DNA from: Octopus vulgaris
Taxonomy: Eukaryota
DNA: 248,000 bases
NCBI GenBank assembly: GCA_951406725.2
Contig: OX597815.1
Coordinates: 35,484,001-35,732,000, forward strand
Direction of reading: 5' to 3'
The translations under genes and the position numbers were made by a program. Each line of letters begins with the position of its first letter. Position 1 is the first letter of the stretch. Positions 56,901 to 69,936 of the stretch are shown here, piece by piece. The notes beneath the pieces were generated by a model. It ran no database searches and was not told the DNA's origin. It saw only the letters and a list, made by a program, of their open reading frames with translations.

Positions 56901-59900
56901 TAAGTTTAAGGTTTCCAAATTCACATGAGTATATATCATTTGACATTTTAGAATACTGAAAAATTTGATAGAAAGTACATATATTTCTGATGTGTTGCGA
57001 ATGAATGAGGACAGCTATGTGAAAAAGTGTCACACACTAGCAGTTGAGGGAACCTGTGGAAGAAGTAGACCCAGGAAAACCTGAGATGAGGTGAAGCACA
57101 ACCATCGAAAATTGGGCCTTACCAAAGCAATGACAAGTGACTGAGACCTTTGGAGATATGCTGTGCTTGAGAAGGCCCAACAAGCCAAGTGAGCCCATGG
57201 CCTATACCAGTGGGTGTAACCAGCCCTCTTATGAGTACCCCTCATTTATTGGACAATAAAATTTGCTTGCAAAGACCTACTGAGGCAAGTGAAGTCAAAA
57301 TCGCTGACATGGCCAATAACAGTACCGCCTGATTGGCACTTGTGGCAGTGGAACATTAAAAACATATCTAAGCGAGATTGTTGCCGGTGGCATGTAAAAA
57401 GCACCATTCAAGCATGATCGTTGCCAGCATAGTCTTACTGGCATGTGAAATACAACATTCAAGCGTGGTCATTGCCAGTGCCGCCGGACTGGCTCCCATT
57501 CAGGTAGCACATAAAAAACACCTTTTGAACGTGGTCATTGTCAGAACTGCCTGACTGGCCCTCTTGCTGGGGGGCACATAAAAGCACCCACTACACTCTC
57601 GGAGTGGTTGGCATTAGGAAGGGCATCGAGCTGTAGAAACTTTGCCAGATCAGATTGAGCCTGGTGCAGCCTTCTGGCTCACCAGCCCTCAGTCAAACCG
57701 TCCAACCTATGCCAGCATGGAAAGAGGACGTTAAACAACGATGATGATGATTATTTATAGGATGACTTCATAATAACCATGAATATCAATTTGGACAATC
57801 AACTCAATTATCACAAGAATGATAGTTGTTCCTTCTCGAGCCACGCCTGGCTCATAGGGCCAGTTTCCTTGGCGTATAGGTTCCCCATCTGGACGGGACG
57901 CCAGTCCATCGCAGGTGAGCTGCAAGATGCAGGCGGAAAGAGTCAGCAGAAGTTCACCATTACCTTCTGCTGGAGCCACGTGGAGCTTAGGTGTTTCACT
58001 CATAAACATACACATCGCCCAGTCTGTGTTTCACTAATTAAATTTACAGGGACAATAAACACATCCTGAAAACCATGGTTCAGTCACATCTGAAAATCAC
58101 ACTCAGCCAAAGTGTTTGGTTTTGTGGAATAGCTGGACATGCAGCTATTCATATGGGTTGGAAATAACAGAAATAGGCAATGTGGTATTATAAGATGTAA
58201 GGTAACTTAAGTGTTCTTAGACTTTATCATAAGGAGATGGCATCCCAACACAAAGTGTCACCCAAGAATAAAAATTGATGCTAATCTTTTAATATTTTAC
58301 TGTGAAATGTTTACCTGGATCAGATAGGAAAGATTATATTACTGATGTATTTTGGGAGGATTTATATTATGTGACAAAAAACTAGTTTTCACTTGATGGT
58401 TGAGTGGTCGGTGTTCAGAAACCATTTGTAAAAATTTACTCAACTTTCATTTATTATCAATCTTTGTAATCTTTATTATGTGATAGCCAAGTCATTGAAG
58501 TATTAGACAATTTTTTGTGGTATTTAGTAATAGCCCTTTATATTCTAAGTTCAAATCCTGCCACTTTACCATTCATCCTTTTGGAGTTGATAAAATAAAA
58601 TATCAGTCAAGTGAGTGCAAGAGTCAATTTCATCAACCCCTAATCCACCAAAATGGTGGTCTTCTGCATATCTAAGAAACAGTTGACAGCCTAGTTCCCA
58701 CTGCAGTACCTGTTAAGGAGCTAAAGAAAAAGGTTTATACCTAGTATAGTCAAGAGTTCAATATTGCAAAAACTAAAGTCGTAGTTAGTAACAGAGAGCA
58801 GAAGATGTCATTGTCATCTGGGAAGTGACCTTGCTTAATATGAAGGAAAAGATTTGGTAGAGAGTCAAATCTGTGTACCTACTGCAAATACACATAAAAG
58901 ATGAAATGGGATTTCTTGGTAGTGAGCACACCCATGAAACAAAATATACGAATTACTCAGATGGCTCACTAGATGGAGATGATAGATTTTAATACCTAAT
59001 CAAACTATGAAGCTTACGCAACAAGTGTACTGCTGCTCATAAAACATGGACATTAGATCTGCAAAAACAGGCGTGTATGGTTCAGTGAATAGCACAAATG
59101 AGCTGAGTGAGCAGACTCATATTGAACAGTATTTATTAATATATGCAAGATGATTTTGAACATCTAGAAGTGGTTGATAACTTCCGTTACCTAGGTGACC
59201 AAGTCAGTAGCGGAGGAGGGTGCGCTGAAAGTGTAGCTGCTAGAATAAGAATAGCTTGGGCAAAGTTCAGAGAGCTCTTACCTCTGCTGGTGACAAAGGG
59301 CCTCTTGCTCAGAGTAAAAGGTAGACTGTATGACGCTTGTGTACGAGCAGCCATGCTACACGGCAATGAAACATGGGCTGTGATTGCTGAGGACAAGCGT
59401 AAGCTCGCAAGGAATGAAGCCAGTGGATGTGTAATGTCAGTGTGCATACTTGAGAGAAAAGTTGGACCTAAGAAGCATTAGATGTGGTGTGCAAGAGAAA
59501 CGACTGCGCTGGTATGGTCATGTGGTAAGAATGGATGAGCATAGCTGTGTGAAAAAGTGCCACACCCTAGCGGTTGAGGGAACCTGTGGAAGAGGTAGAC
59601 CCAGGATGAAGTGGTGAAGCATGACCTTCAAACATTAGGCCTCACCAAGGAAATGACTAGCGATTGAGACTTTTGGAAATATGCTGTACTTGAGAAGACC
59701 CGGCAAGCCAAATGAGATCATAACCTGTGGCCTATACCAGGAGTGTAACCAGCCCACTTATGCGTACCTTTTCCTTCTTTGGTCACTAAACTCTGCTTGC
59801 GAAGACCTGTTGAGGCAAGTGAAATCAAAATCAATTCGATGACTGGCATCCGTGCTAGCGGGGTGCAAAGAGCACCATACGAGTGTGATCATTGACAGAG

Positions 59901-61614
59901 CGGCTAACCGGCTTCCGTGCCAGTGGCACATAAAAGGGCACCATTCAAGTATGATCGTTACCAGCGTTGCCTTACTGGCACTTGTGCCAGTAGGGTGCCA
60001 AGAGCACCATCTGAGCATGATCATTGCCAGAGCAGCCAACTGGCTTCCATACCCGTGGCACGTAAAAGGGCACCATTCGAGCGTGATCATTACCAACATC
60101 AGTTCACTGGCACGTGTAAAAAGATTCAAGCGAGGTCATTGTTAGTACCGCCTGACTGGCCCCCATGCCGGTAGCACGTAAAAAGCACCCACAACACTCT
60201 CGGAGTGGTTGGTGTTAAGAAGCGCATCCAGGTGTAGAAATTCTGCCAGATCAAGATTGGAGCCTGGTGCAGCCATCTGGTTCGCCAGCCCTCAATCAAA
60301 ATCGTCCAACCCATGCTAGCATGGAAAGCAGACGTTAAACGATGATGATGATGATGAGAAATGTTATGTGAATGGACAATGAGTGTAAAAATTTCTATGT
60401 ACTGTCAATGGTAGTTACTCAGGCAAAAAGTAACCTAGTAAGACAGGATAAATGTGTGAAATTCAGATCTAAGAATAAGGGACGGGGACTAATGATCGTG
60501 ATATGCATCATATATATTGTGTAACAAACTTACCAACCAATGCCAGGATGGAAAAAAAAAAATGAATGAATTACCATCAAAATTACAATAAATTGTTCCT
60601 ATCTTAAGCCTGTACTATGTTGACATCCACTTGGAACAAATTCATTTCACTTCTGTCCCTAATATATATGAGAAAAATGTCACAGTATCAGAACACTATA
60701 TTCTTTCTCTGTAGGTTTAAGCTTTAGTGGTTAACTAAGAAACTAGAGAAGGGATGGCAAATGTCATTGTGTAGACAATTTACATACAATGTGAAGTTAA
60801 TACTCTTAGTTAAGAGAGAAACAGAACACAGAAGTTGTGGATGTTCTAAAGTGGAAGACAGGTATAAAATAATAGAGCAAATAATAAAACAGGTTAAGAA
60901 TACAGAGAAATGGGTATACCGATACAAGTGTACAGCTCTTTGAGTTTGCTTCCTCGTAACTTTAAAAAAAAATGTTTTCTTTGTTTGTTTTTTAAGAATA
61001 GCAAAAGTTATAATCATAATCTGAAACTGTCTTCTTATTTTTTTTATAATCATAATATCCTAGCAATAATATCAAATTAACAATCTGTGAGGGTTAAAAT
61101 TACGAAAATGTATATTGATGACAGGTTGGATACAAATTTTGAATCTATATGAAATTTTAACCTTGGTAAAAAGGGATTTGTTGCGAACTCTTAAAAAATT
61201 TCTAAGCATCCTTTTTATCGTTGGGTAAGATTTTATCGAAAAATCTCAATACTGACTAGTAATAAAAATTTCGGTGTCGAGAGTGTAGATTCTTTGCACC
61301 TGAAAAAGAGTCTTCGAATCAGCATACCGTTTTACTGAAATTGAACGATATCAATTCTACAGGAGAAATAATAACATACACATGATGCATGTAGTTTGAG
61401 TAAAAAAATTTTAATCCAACTACAAGGAATAGTGGAGATGAAATATAAAACTAGATATAATACAGTAATACAATAGTAACTCTGTCAGCATAAGGAATAT
61501 AAGCTCTTATCAACAAAAAGGGCAACAGAATTACTCAGAAACAAACAGTTCACCCGAAGACTAAAATGTCCTTCGATCATTTCTGAAGAACAGCTTATAG
61601 TTAACTTCAGATTT

Positions 61615-62184
61615 TTAGAATCCTTTAGATAAAAGGAACTTACATACGTCATCACAATAATCTCCTCTCACCCTTATAAAACTTGATACTTCATGGACTT
61701 GGGTATATATGTCTTTTGTACTTCTCTCTTGCAAATATGTCCTTAAATCTGACTCGAGTTTCCAGATATTCCCATCGATTTTACAAATTTTGGTGAGGAT
61801 GCGAGACCCGTGGAACTTTACTTCCAGATATAAAGGCAACATATGATTTTTGGTTCGTTTCACGAAATAAGGATGTTTTGAGCCATTCTCATTAGGCGGT
61901 ATCCATCCTGATGGTGTTGGAACCCCTGTTACCGATTCGGCTGGTGGTGGAGGGACAATCTCCTTCGGCAAAAGCCTCTCAACGTATTTAAAATCTTCTT
62001 TACACACTTTATATCCTGGATATTCAGGAGGCGCTTCTGGAAGTTTTTCTGGACACACTAAGTTTAAATTTCCGGCATTGAAAGTTGGTACAGGCGACAA
62101 GAAGGATCTTTGAAAAGATTTAGTCCCATTCGAAAGTAAAAACCTCGGACGAAGACTTGAAAATGTGCGACCTAGAGTCGCCAT
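61615..62184 (-). CDS. MRPL49: 39S ribosomal protein L49, mitochondrial (189 aa, single coding exon)
   Basis: Intact ORF with presequence-like N-terminus and Img2/L49 domain: PYFVKRTKNHMLPLY...LTKICKIDGNIWKLESDL...QVHEVSSFIRVRGDY...FLLSKGF. Confidence 0.92.
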   Translation of the reverse strand: MATLGRTFSSLRPRFLLSNGTKSFQRSFLSPVPTFNAGNLNLVCPEKLPEAPPEYPGYKVCKEDFKYVERLLPKEIVPPPPAESVTGVPTPSGWIPPNENGSKHPYFVKRTKNHMLPLYLEVKFHGSRILTKICKIDGNIWKLESDLRTYLQERSTKDIYTQVHEVSSFIRVRGDYCDDVCKFLLSKGF

Positions 62185-62785
62185 GTTGGTCGATCTAAAA
62201 ATGAGAATTACCTCCCCTTGGTTAAGGGAGATATCATTTTAGCACAGATGCATATGTGGTATTGGATTCATATAAGCTTTAAACCTATATCGTATTAACA
62301 AAACATCTATACACACACAGTGACTCTAAACGACACGGCGGAGGAGTAATGTCAAGAAATCTGGAATAAATGTCTCAAATTATATTGGCCAAAAAATATT
62401 TGTAACTTTTTTATATGTAAGAACTTATGTCAACTGATCAAACCGGCTTGATGAGACTATACTGTATTAATGATGTCTTATAGATTGTATCATGTCTTTA
62501 TGTGACCCTTGCCGACAAAAGAGATTAATTTCTAAAAATTATTTCCCTTCCCTTTGTCATTTGCTAACAAATGATGCCGCATTTTTGTAATATTTCTAGT
62601 ACGAAGAAAGAAAATGCTATTAATTTAGAAATTGTTTTGCAAATAGAATTCAGTACATTTCCCCGTAACCTATCTAAATTCATGCCATTGGTCCATTACA
62701 GTTATTTCTCATATTTGTGCTGTTGTTATTTTCTGTTGGTTTCTTACTATACAAATTGCATTGGTCAAACATAAATACCTGCTTT

Positions 62786-63194
62786 GGATCTTTTCGGTTT
62801 GAACGGCAGTTTTTAACATAATTTCTAGGTAACTAAAAAATTTTAAACTTCGTATACTGGTAGAATGTGTTTATAAAACATCTTTTTCTCTTGGCTTTAT
62901 TGAGAAAATTCTATAGTCTGTAAGATATTTGTTGGTTTTTTTCTTCAATTTCTGCAATTTCAACCAACCAATGACGTCTATTGAGGTGAAAACAGTCTGT
63001 GCCGTATGAATATGTCCCTCGTTTAAGAAACAGATTGGATTTATTTACATTTGTGAAGAAAAAAAGATATCCTTCCCCCACCCCTAACCCTAAAACAGAT
63101 TGAAATGCAATAGATCGATACTAGGGTCATAATTATGGGTGACAATTTCATATGACACCGCTAGAAAAAATGGCTGTTCAAACCGAAAAGATCC
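62786..63194. mobile_element. MITE with GGATCTTTTCGGTTTGAAC TIRs and a CCCTAACCCTAA core
   Basis: Both TIRs present; deleted derivative with the same TIRs at 198793-198977; related arms at 115985-116160 and 117230-117500. Confidence 0.8.
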
Positions 63195-65632
63195 CGTTTT
63201 TTTCTGTGTCTAACAATTAATGTCAACTGATCGTGCATTCTTGCAGAAACTGTATTATACTAGTGGGGTTTAATAGACTTAAACATATCTACAGTTGCCC
63301 CTTGCCTGCAAACAAAGACTAAATGTTCTCCTAAACATATACATGCTGCGTGTAATTAAAGAATGAGACCGTTACGATAATTAGAGATTTATCTTTTACA
63401 TTTCTTATATAATATGCCTGACCGTGTGGCTAAAGAGTTCCGTTTTGCATTTACGCGACTTTGTGTTCGATCTCACTGCGCGGCTTCAAGTTGACCAAAG
63501 CCTTGTGAGGATAATTGGGTTCAAAGCCTATCCGAAGAACCGTTCTTGTTCTTGATTGGTAGACTTAATCCAGCATCTCTTATAAAACCACTACCTTTAG
63601 CAAAGTGTCTCTACTTTGTTGTAGGCATTCCATTTATCTTCTCCCACTAATAACAAATGCTCTTAAAAGAGACCTAAGTGTTTCTATTCCGCCTCAAGAA
63701 AAGGTAACAGTCTGTCCTAATCGAAACTCAGCAGGACTACAAACAAGACCTATCAAAAGAACGGATGAACCTAGTGTAAGTTCAACGACTATATAGTAAT
63801 AACACGGGTCTTCAGGAATTCCGGGTAGGCGCCCGGAGTACTGGAAGCCCACTGGGTGTGAAGCACATCTCAGTTTTTGTTAAAGCATGTCTCAAGGAGA
63901 AGGTCAATCTGATAAAAGAAAAAACAGATATATGGAGAATGGCATTGAACATTTGGGAATCTTTTACTTGCACTTAAGATCATGGTGATCCAACATTCCT
64001 GAGCCTGTGACCCATATTATAATATCTTGTCCTAGCTTGTCTCTGATGTGACAATTACCGGCAAGGTGACTTTCCGATGCCCGATCGAGTAGGACGGTGC
64101 TGCGGCGAGCATATAACCGAAGGCGCGAACCCGGGTGAATTATTCCCCACAGAAAGATTATGACCATGTAAGAAAATCTTTTTTTAAGAGATGAAAAAGC
64201 TCCAAAAATTCGAGTCACTCGAATAGAGGATAAGCCGAAGGCCCCGGAGCTTTAATTGTAACACCAGTGTGATAACGAATCCATAGTTAAAGGACACGTG
64301 ACATAGCGAGGGTTTCCAGCTCCCAGGTCACGGCAAGTATTGCTGGGGGGTCGCGTAACTATTTTTATCATATTTATTATTATTATTATTATCATTATTA
64401 TTATTATTATTATTATTACTATTATGTTTTATTACGTTTTATTTGGAAATGTTGCGCCTTAGGAAATCGCCCCTGTGACTCCGCCACTGATAAGTAATAT
64501 CCATTTGGAGTAAATATTAATTCCTCTTGTGTGTATAACCAGAAAGTTGTTGAATCACACTGACTCCATGCTGAACTGTGACATGAAGATTAAAGGGAAT
64601 TTGGAATACATTTTTCTCTTGGATGTATTAAGGGAAAAGTTATCCCCTGAGATATTTTAAACCCAATAATTAGCGTATTGTGATGCAGTTTTATTCAGAG
64701 AACTCTCCACCATCATATTTTCCAGAAACTATGCAGTAAATAATAATTTTTATTTCCTTCTATGAATAAAACCCCCTTACAATAGTATATTCTACTGTTT
64801 AAAACGTGGCCTATTTAAAAGATGCCATCAAGATTATACAAGTAGCGTAACTGCAATGTTGGGAAGAAGAGTTATCTCCCTTAAACTATTATTTGTTTTC
64901 TCGTTTTGTCAATTTTATGCTATTTTAAAATAGTTTTTTTTTTAAAATTATTATTATTGCGATGAAGTATTAGTAAAGTGCCGAACTGGTAGAATCGTTA
65001 TTGCGCCGGACAGAATGACTAGAAGCATCTCTTCCGGCTTTTTACATTCTGAGTTTGAATTCCGCCGAGCTCGAGTCGACTTAACTTTTCATCCATTTTT
65101 GTTGAATTTATCGATTTTCTTCGAATTAATCGACTTCCTTCACTTAAAATTCGGCCGTTGTACCAAAATTTGGCCGTATGCCAATATCTGAAACCATTAT
65201 TATAGAATATTTGCTATTTCAAAATTTAAAGCAGTTCGCTTCAACATATATTTTCATCTTTATTCTATTGTTGATAGACAAAATCTCATCAAAGTCAACT
65301 TTGCTTTCTTTTCATCTTCCCACAGATTTAACGAAATAGTACCAATATGTAATAAGATCACACCAGTTAATTATATCACACTTACAAAACATGAACCGCT
65401 GGATTAATGTTTGTAGTGGGTAGTATAGATCATTGAATCTACCTCACTACATTACTTCGAGATTTCATTATTTTGAATAACATTGAACGGTATGAGACTG
65501 CTGTTCGGTTTCAGTCTCCAGTTGTGCCAATTATAATTCATTTGAATCATTAATGCTTTTGAGAAAAGAAGGAATGGATGTATAGAGGTTACAAATTTCC
65601 AAGTTTCCTTCACTAAAAATATTTCTACTTAT

Positions 65633-66452
65633 ACGAGGTCTGATCAATAAGTATCCGGACGGTTGCCATAGTAACAAAGCTAAAACATGCAGAGTGAAGC
65701 CGCTTGGCAAAGATTGACCTAGAACTCTGTTGTGCACGCGCTGTAAGTTTTAACGTTCTAGTTCACTTCCGCTCTTACAACAGTGCTTGGAAGGAACGTG
65801 TGTAGAGTGTGATCGTCGCATTGATCGTGACAGAGAAAGTTGTCATGGCGATACCTGCTCAGAGGCCTACTCAAAGTTTCAGAAAGTGTATGGAGAAGAG
65901 TTTGTGAGCCGCTCATATGTGTACAAGATGTTTCCAAGATGGCCGAAAAAATGTCGATATTGACGAACATTCAGTGAGACCCGCAACCAGCAGAACTGAG
66001 AAAAACATCGCAGATGTGCATGCAGCTGTGAGGGGAAATCGTCAAATCAACATAACCTGAGTTATCAGAGGATGTGCAGATTACAGTTCATTTCAGTCCA
66101 TTATCACTGAAGACTTGGGTATGATACGCATATCTGCCAAGTTTGTGCCAAAACTGCTTTCAGCTGACCAAAAGCACACTCGGATATCAGTTGCACATGA
66201 TCTCCTTGATTGTGTCAAGAACGATGAAAACTTTTTAAAAACTTTGCGTAGGCCTCTGAGCAGGTATCACCAAGCTTTTGACAGAATTTGACGCAGATTC
66301 TCTGCTCAACTTTCTCTGTCATGGTCAATGCGGCGATCGAGCAGAGTTCAATCTGCAGAGTTCAAAGTCAATCTGTACCAAGCGGCTTCAACGCGAGTGC
66401 TTTAGCTTCGTTACTATGGCAACAGTCCGGATACTTATTGATCAGACCATGT
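65633..66452. mobile_element. Non-autonomous mariner with both TIRs and rearranged transposase N-terminus
   Basis: TIR GGTCTGATCAATAAGTATCCGGAC(G/T)GTTGCCATAGTAAC at both ends; internal SAKFVPKLL-type coding remnant; second copy at 229740-230590. Confidence 0.85.
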
Positions 66453-67021
66453 ATACACGAAACAGTGACTTTATAGGGAAGAGGCTCGACTTACCCACTC
66501 TTTGCTTTCGGGTTAGAGTAAGATGCTGAGTGTTGTACGCTACCGCTGAGCGATTCGTTTGTATGTCACGCGTCGTAAATGCTGTAGTAGATATGGGAAG
66601 TGGTGGGGGGTATTATTGTATTTGTGACTGAATGAAATAAAGCACTGAAATATCAGAGTATGTCGGTAACTAACGTTTTCAACCTATGACTTTTGAGACG
66701 TTGGAGGACGGAAGGTACTGGACCGACGGCAAAATTTTGACTTCGCTAGCGTCCAGTCAATCTGAATTATTAGATGATGTTAATGAAGTTAACTGGCTGT
66801 TCCAGTGCAATTTTGCCGTGAGTATTTTGGACTGTCTCAAAACCTTTTAGAATGTAACACCAGTTTTCCCTTGGCGCGATATATAATTGAGGGAATTAGC
66901 TGACCTCTATTCCAATATATATCTACTATACTGTTTCTATCTATTTTCTTTGTTTCCTTTCGTGATATGTTCTTTTCAATGAATATTCATAAATTAAACA
67001 TTTAAGAGAAATTAAATATAT

Positions 67022-68480
67022 ATACAGGCATAACTCGGCTTAAGTCGTTTCGATTTAAGTCGTTCTCGATTATAGTCGGTTTTCAAAAATAATATAAGGA
67101 AAAATTAAAATCAAGTAAAGTCATTTTACTCGACTTTACGTCTGTCCGCCACAACTATCGGAATCGTAAAATCACTAGAAAACCGTTAAAAGCACATAAA
67201 ATCATGTTACTGTATAATAAATAAGAATAAAAGCATATAAAATCATATTAAAATACGTACAGTAAAGTTGTGTAGCTTAGTGAACGAAATCATGAAATCA
67301 ACTATGTTGTCTTATTTATCGGTCTTTTGGAGCTCCTATTGCACTTCAGCACCAATATCTGCCGTTAGGCGTCGTTGTCACTCTTGATACCTGCGATTAT
67401 TTTTAATTCAAATTTGTTTACGCCTGTTTATTGGCTACTTTCTCATTCTCATTCATTTGTGACTTTATTTTTTTGCCCCCACGGCTCCTAAAAATTCATA
67501 TTGAAAGTGTTAAGCATTATGCTATAACGCTGGAAGGTAAACTGGCTATGATAAAATGTCATGAAAAAGGTGAAAAAGTGGTAGCAATTGCACAATCTTT
67601 TGGGATGAGTCGGATAACTCTATCGATGATTCTACATAATGAGGACAAGATTTCAGCACATATCAAATCTGAAGCCCAGGGATGAAAAACATTGTCATCA
67701 ATAAGAAAAGGAGCAAAATTTTTGAAGAAATGGAAAGTCTTCTTTCTCTTTGGAGTCTTAGGTTGAATCGTCAGTGTGCTATTATTAGTCATGAAAACAT
67801 TAGTCAAATCATTCTTGACTGTTAGTCAAGAAAAGGTTGTCTTTGTTTGAGGACCTGAAGAGAAAATATCTAGACGATAAAGATGTAGAGTTCAAGGCAA
67901 GTCAATGAGGGTTCATGAGATTTAAGGAGCGAAGTTATCACTCCATTAAGAAGCAAGGTGAAAGTACATCAGCTGACGAACAAGCAGCAGCGGAATATCC
68001 TAATGCATTAAAGAAAATCATCGAAAAAAAAACGGGTTTCTTCCCGAACAGATTTTTAACGGAAACGAAACTAGATTGTATTGGAAAAAAAACTGCCTGA
68101 CCGTTCATTTATTTCCTAGGTGGAGAAAAGTATTCCAGGCAACAAGGTCTCAAAAGAACGTGTGACCATTATGTTGGGAGGTAATTGTGTAGGAGATTTT
68201 AGGTTAAAGCCATTGCTTGTGTATCATGCACACAACCCCCGTTCCCTGATGAACATACCCAAGGCATCTCTCCTTGTTATATCGATGGCTAATTCTAAGG
68301 CATGGGTTACTGTTGTCGCTTTTGAAGCAGAGAAATACTGTAAAGAGAAGGGGATTCCTTTTAAGGTTTTACATATCTTGGATAATGCTCCATATCTTAG
68401 ATAATGCAACCAATGGATTAGGGAATAATTGCTATCTAAGCAACCAATGGATTAGGGAATAATTGCTATCTAAGCTGCAA
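67022..68480 (+). mobile_element. Tigger/pogo transposon remnant
   Basis: ITLEGKLAMIKCHEKGEK HTH, KERVTIMLGGNCVGDFRLKPLLVY, LHILDNAP; stops and frameshifts. Confidence 0.85.
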
Positions 68481-69936
68481 CTGGTCTTTATAAGTCCATA
68501 ACACTTCGTGATATTTGGCCTAATGGGCCAAAACGGTCTAACCTGAAATCTTTTGCCCCAGTGCTGGGGCAAAACGGACCATCACTTTATACACTAAATT
68601 TCACATTTGTCACCCCTATTAACCCGTGAACAGTTAGATTTTGCTATAACGCACATTTTCCACTGAATTCAACCAGAGTATCTTCGTGACTAGGTGGAAA
68701 CTAGTTTGATAGTTAAGCTCTGATTGGCTGTATGCAAATGAGTTCATAACTGGGGTCCGGAACTCTCGTGGGGAAAAAATTCGCTGGCCGGGGACAAATA
68801 TTACAGGGCTCAATGCATTGATTTTCACGGGCGCCTATAAGATGGCCTTGTATGAACACCCCATTATCCGATCTTTCTTTTGTAAATATAATATTTTATA
68901 TTTACAGATTGTAAGTTACTCTTTGTTTTTCAGAGCGTGGAGAAGAGAGTTTTATTGTAGCTTATATCGTACCTTTTATCTAGACACAGTGTCAAATAAA
69001 TATTTATTGGCGGTTGTAGTATTCATACTTTCATCAAGGACGTAGTTCTTTAGATAAGGCACAGCATCAGATAAATAAATAAGAAAAGTTGTAGTTTATA
69101 TACATTTAGCAAGGACATGCATAGTATAGGTAAAGTGAGTTTCTATTTAACGAAAGCTAGCTGATGTAGTGATTAAGTCGATTATATCGATCCCAGTGAT
69201 TAACTGGTACTTATTTAATCAACCCCGAAAGGATGAAAGGCAATGTCGACCTCGGCGGAATTTGAACTCAGAGCGTAACGGCAGACGAAATACCGGTAGG
69301 CATTTCGCCCGGCGTGCTAACGTTTCTGCCAGCTCTCCGCCTGTTGCTAAACACAACACCCAACTGCTATAAGGCTGGGTCACTAAGTTGTTATGTCCTG
69401 TATCAGGACCGCTTCTTTGCACGCTGTTAATAAATATTGATTTCAAACAGTGGTACACTGATACAAATTGATTGGGTGAATAGTCAATCATATTAATCTC
69501 AGTATTTTGACTGATACCCTTAAAAGGATGGAATGCAAAATTTATGTTGGTGGAATCATAAATCTGTACGTAAAGAGAACTAAAGAACGTATGTCGTTTT
69601 AACCCCGCCACTTTACTGATTCTACCAAACCGCAGCTGCTTGTTAAATATTAGAAGACAATACTGATACCGGGACAAGTAGGTTACACAGCAGCAGCAGC
69701 AATTGAAATTTGATACACGTTAAACATCACTAGAATACATGTATGTCATTAAATTAAAGCTAAACATAATCTTACAAAAAAAAAAAACTGAACTTCGTTT
69801 CGAATAACTTGCGATTTCTCTAATTATTCAGATAAGAATTAAGCTCTTGACATAAATTTATTACCTGACTGGTCTTTGCTGTTAGCACAACGATAACTAC
69901 CTAATAACTTCTCATCAGCAAAAAAGTGTTGAAGCA

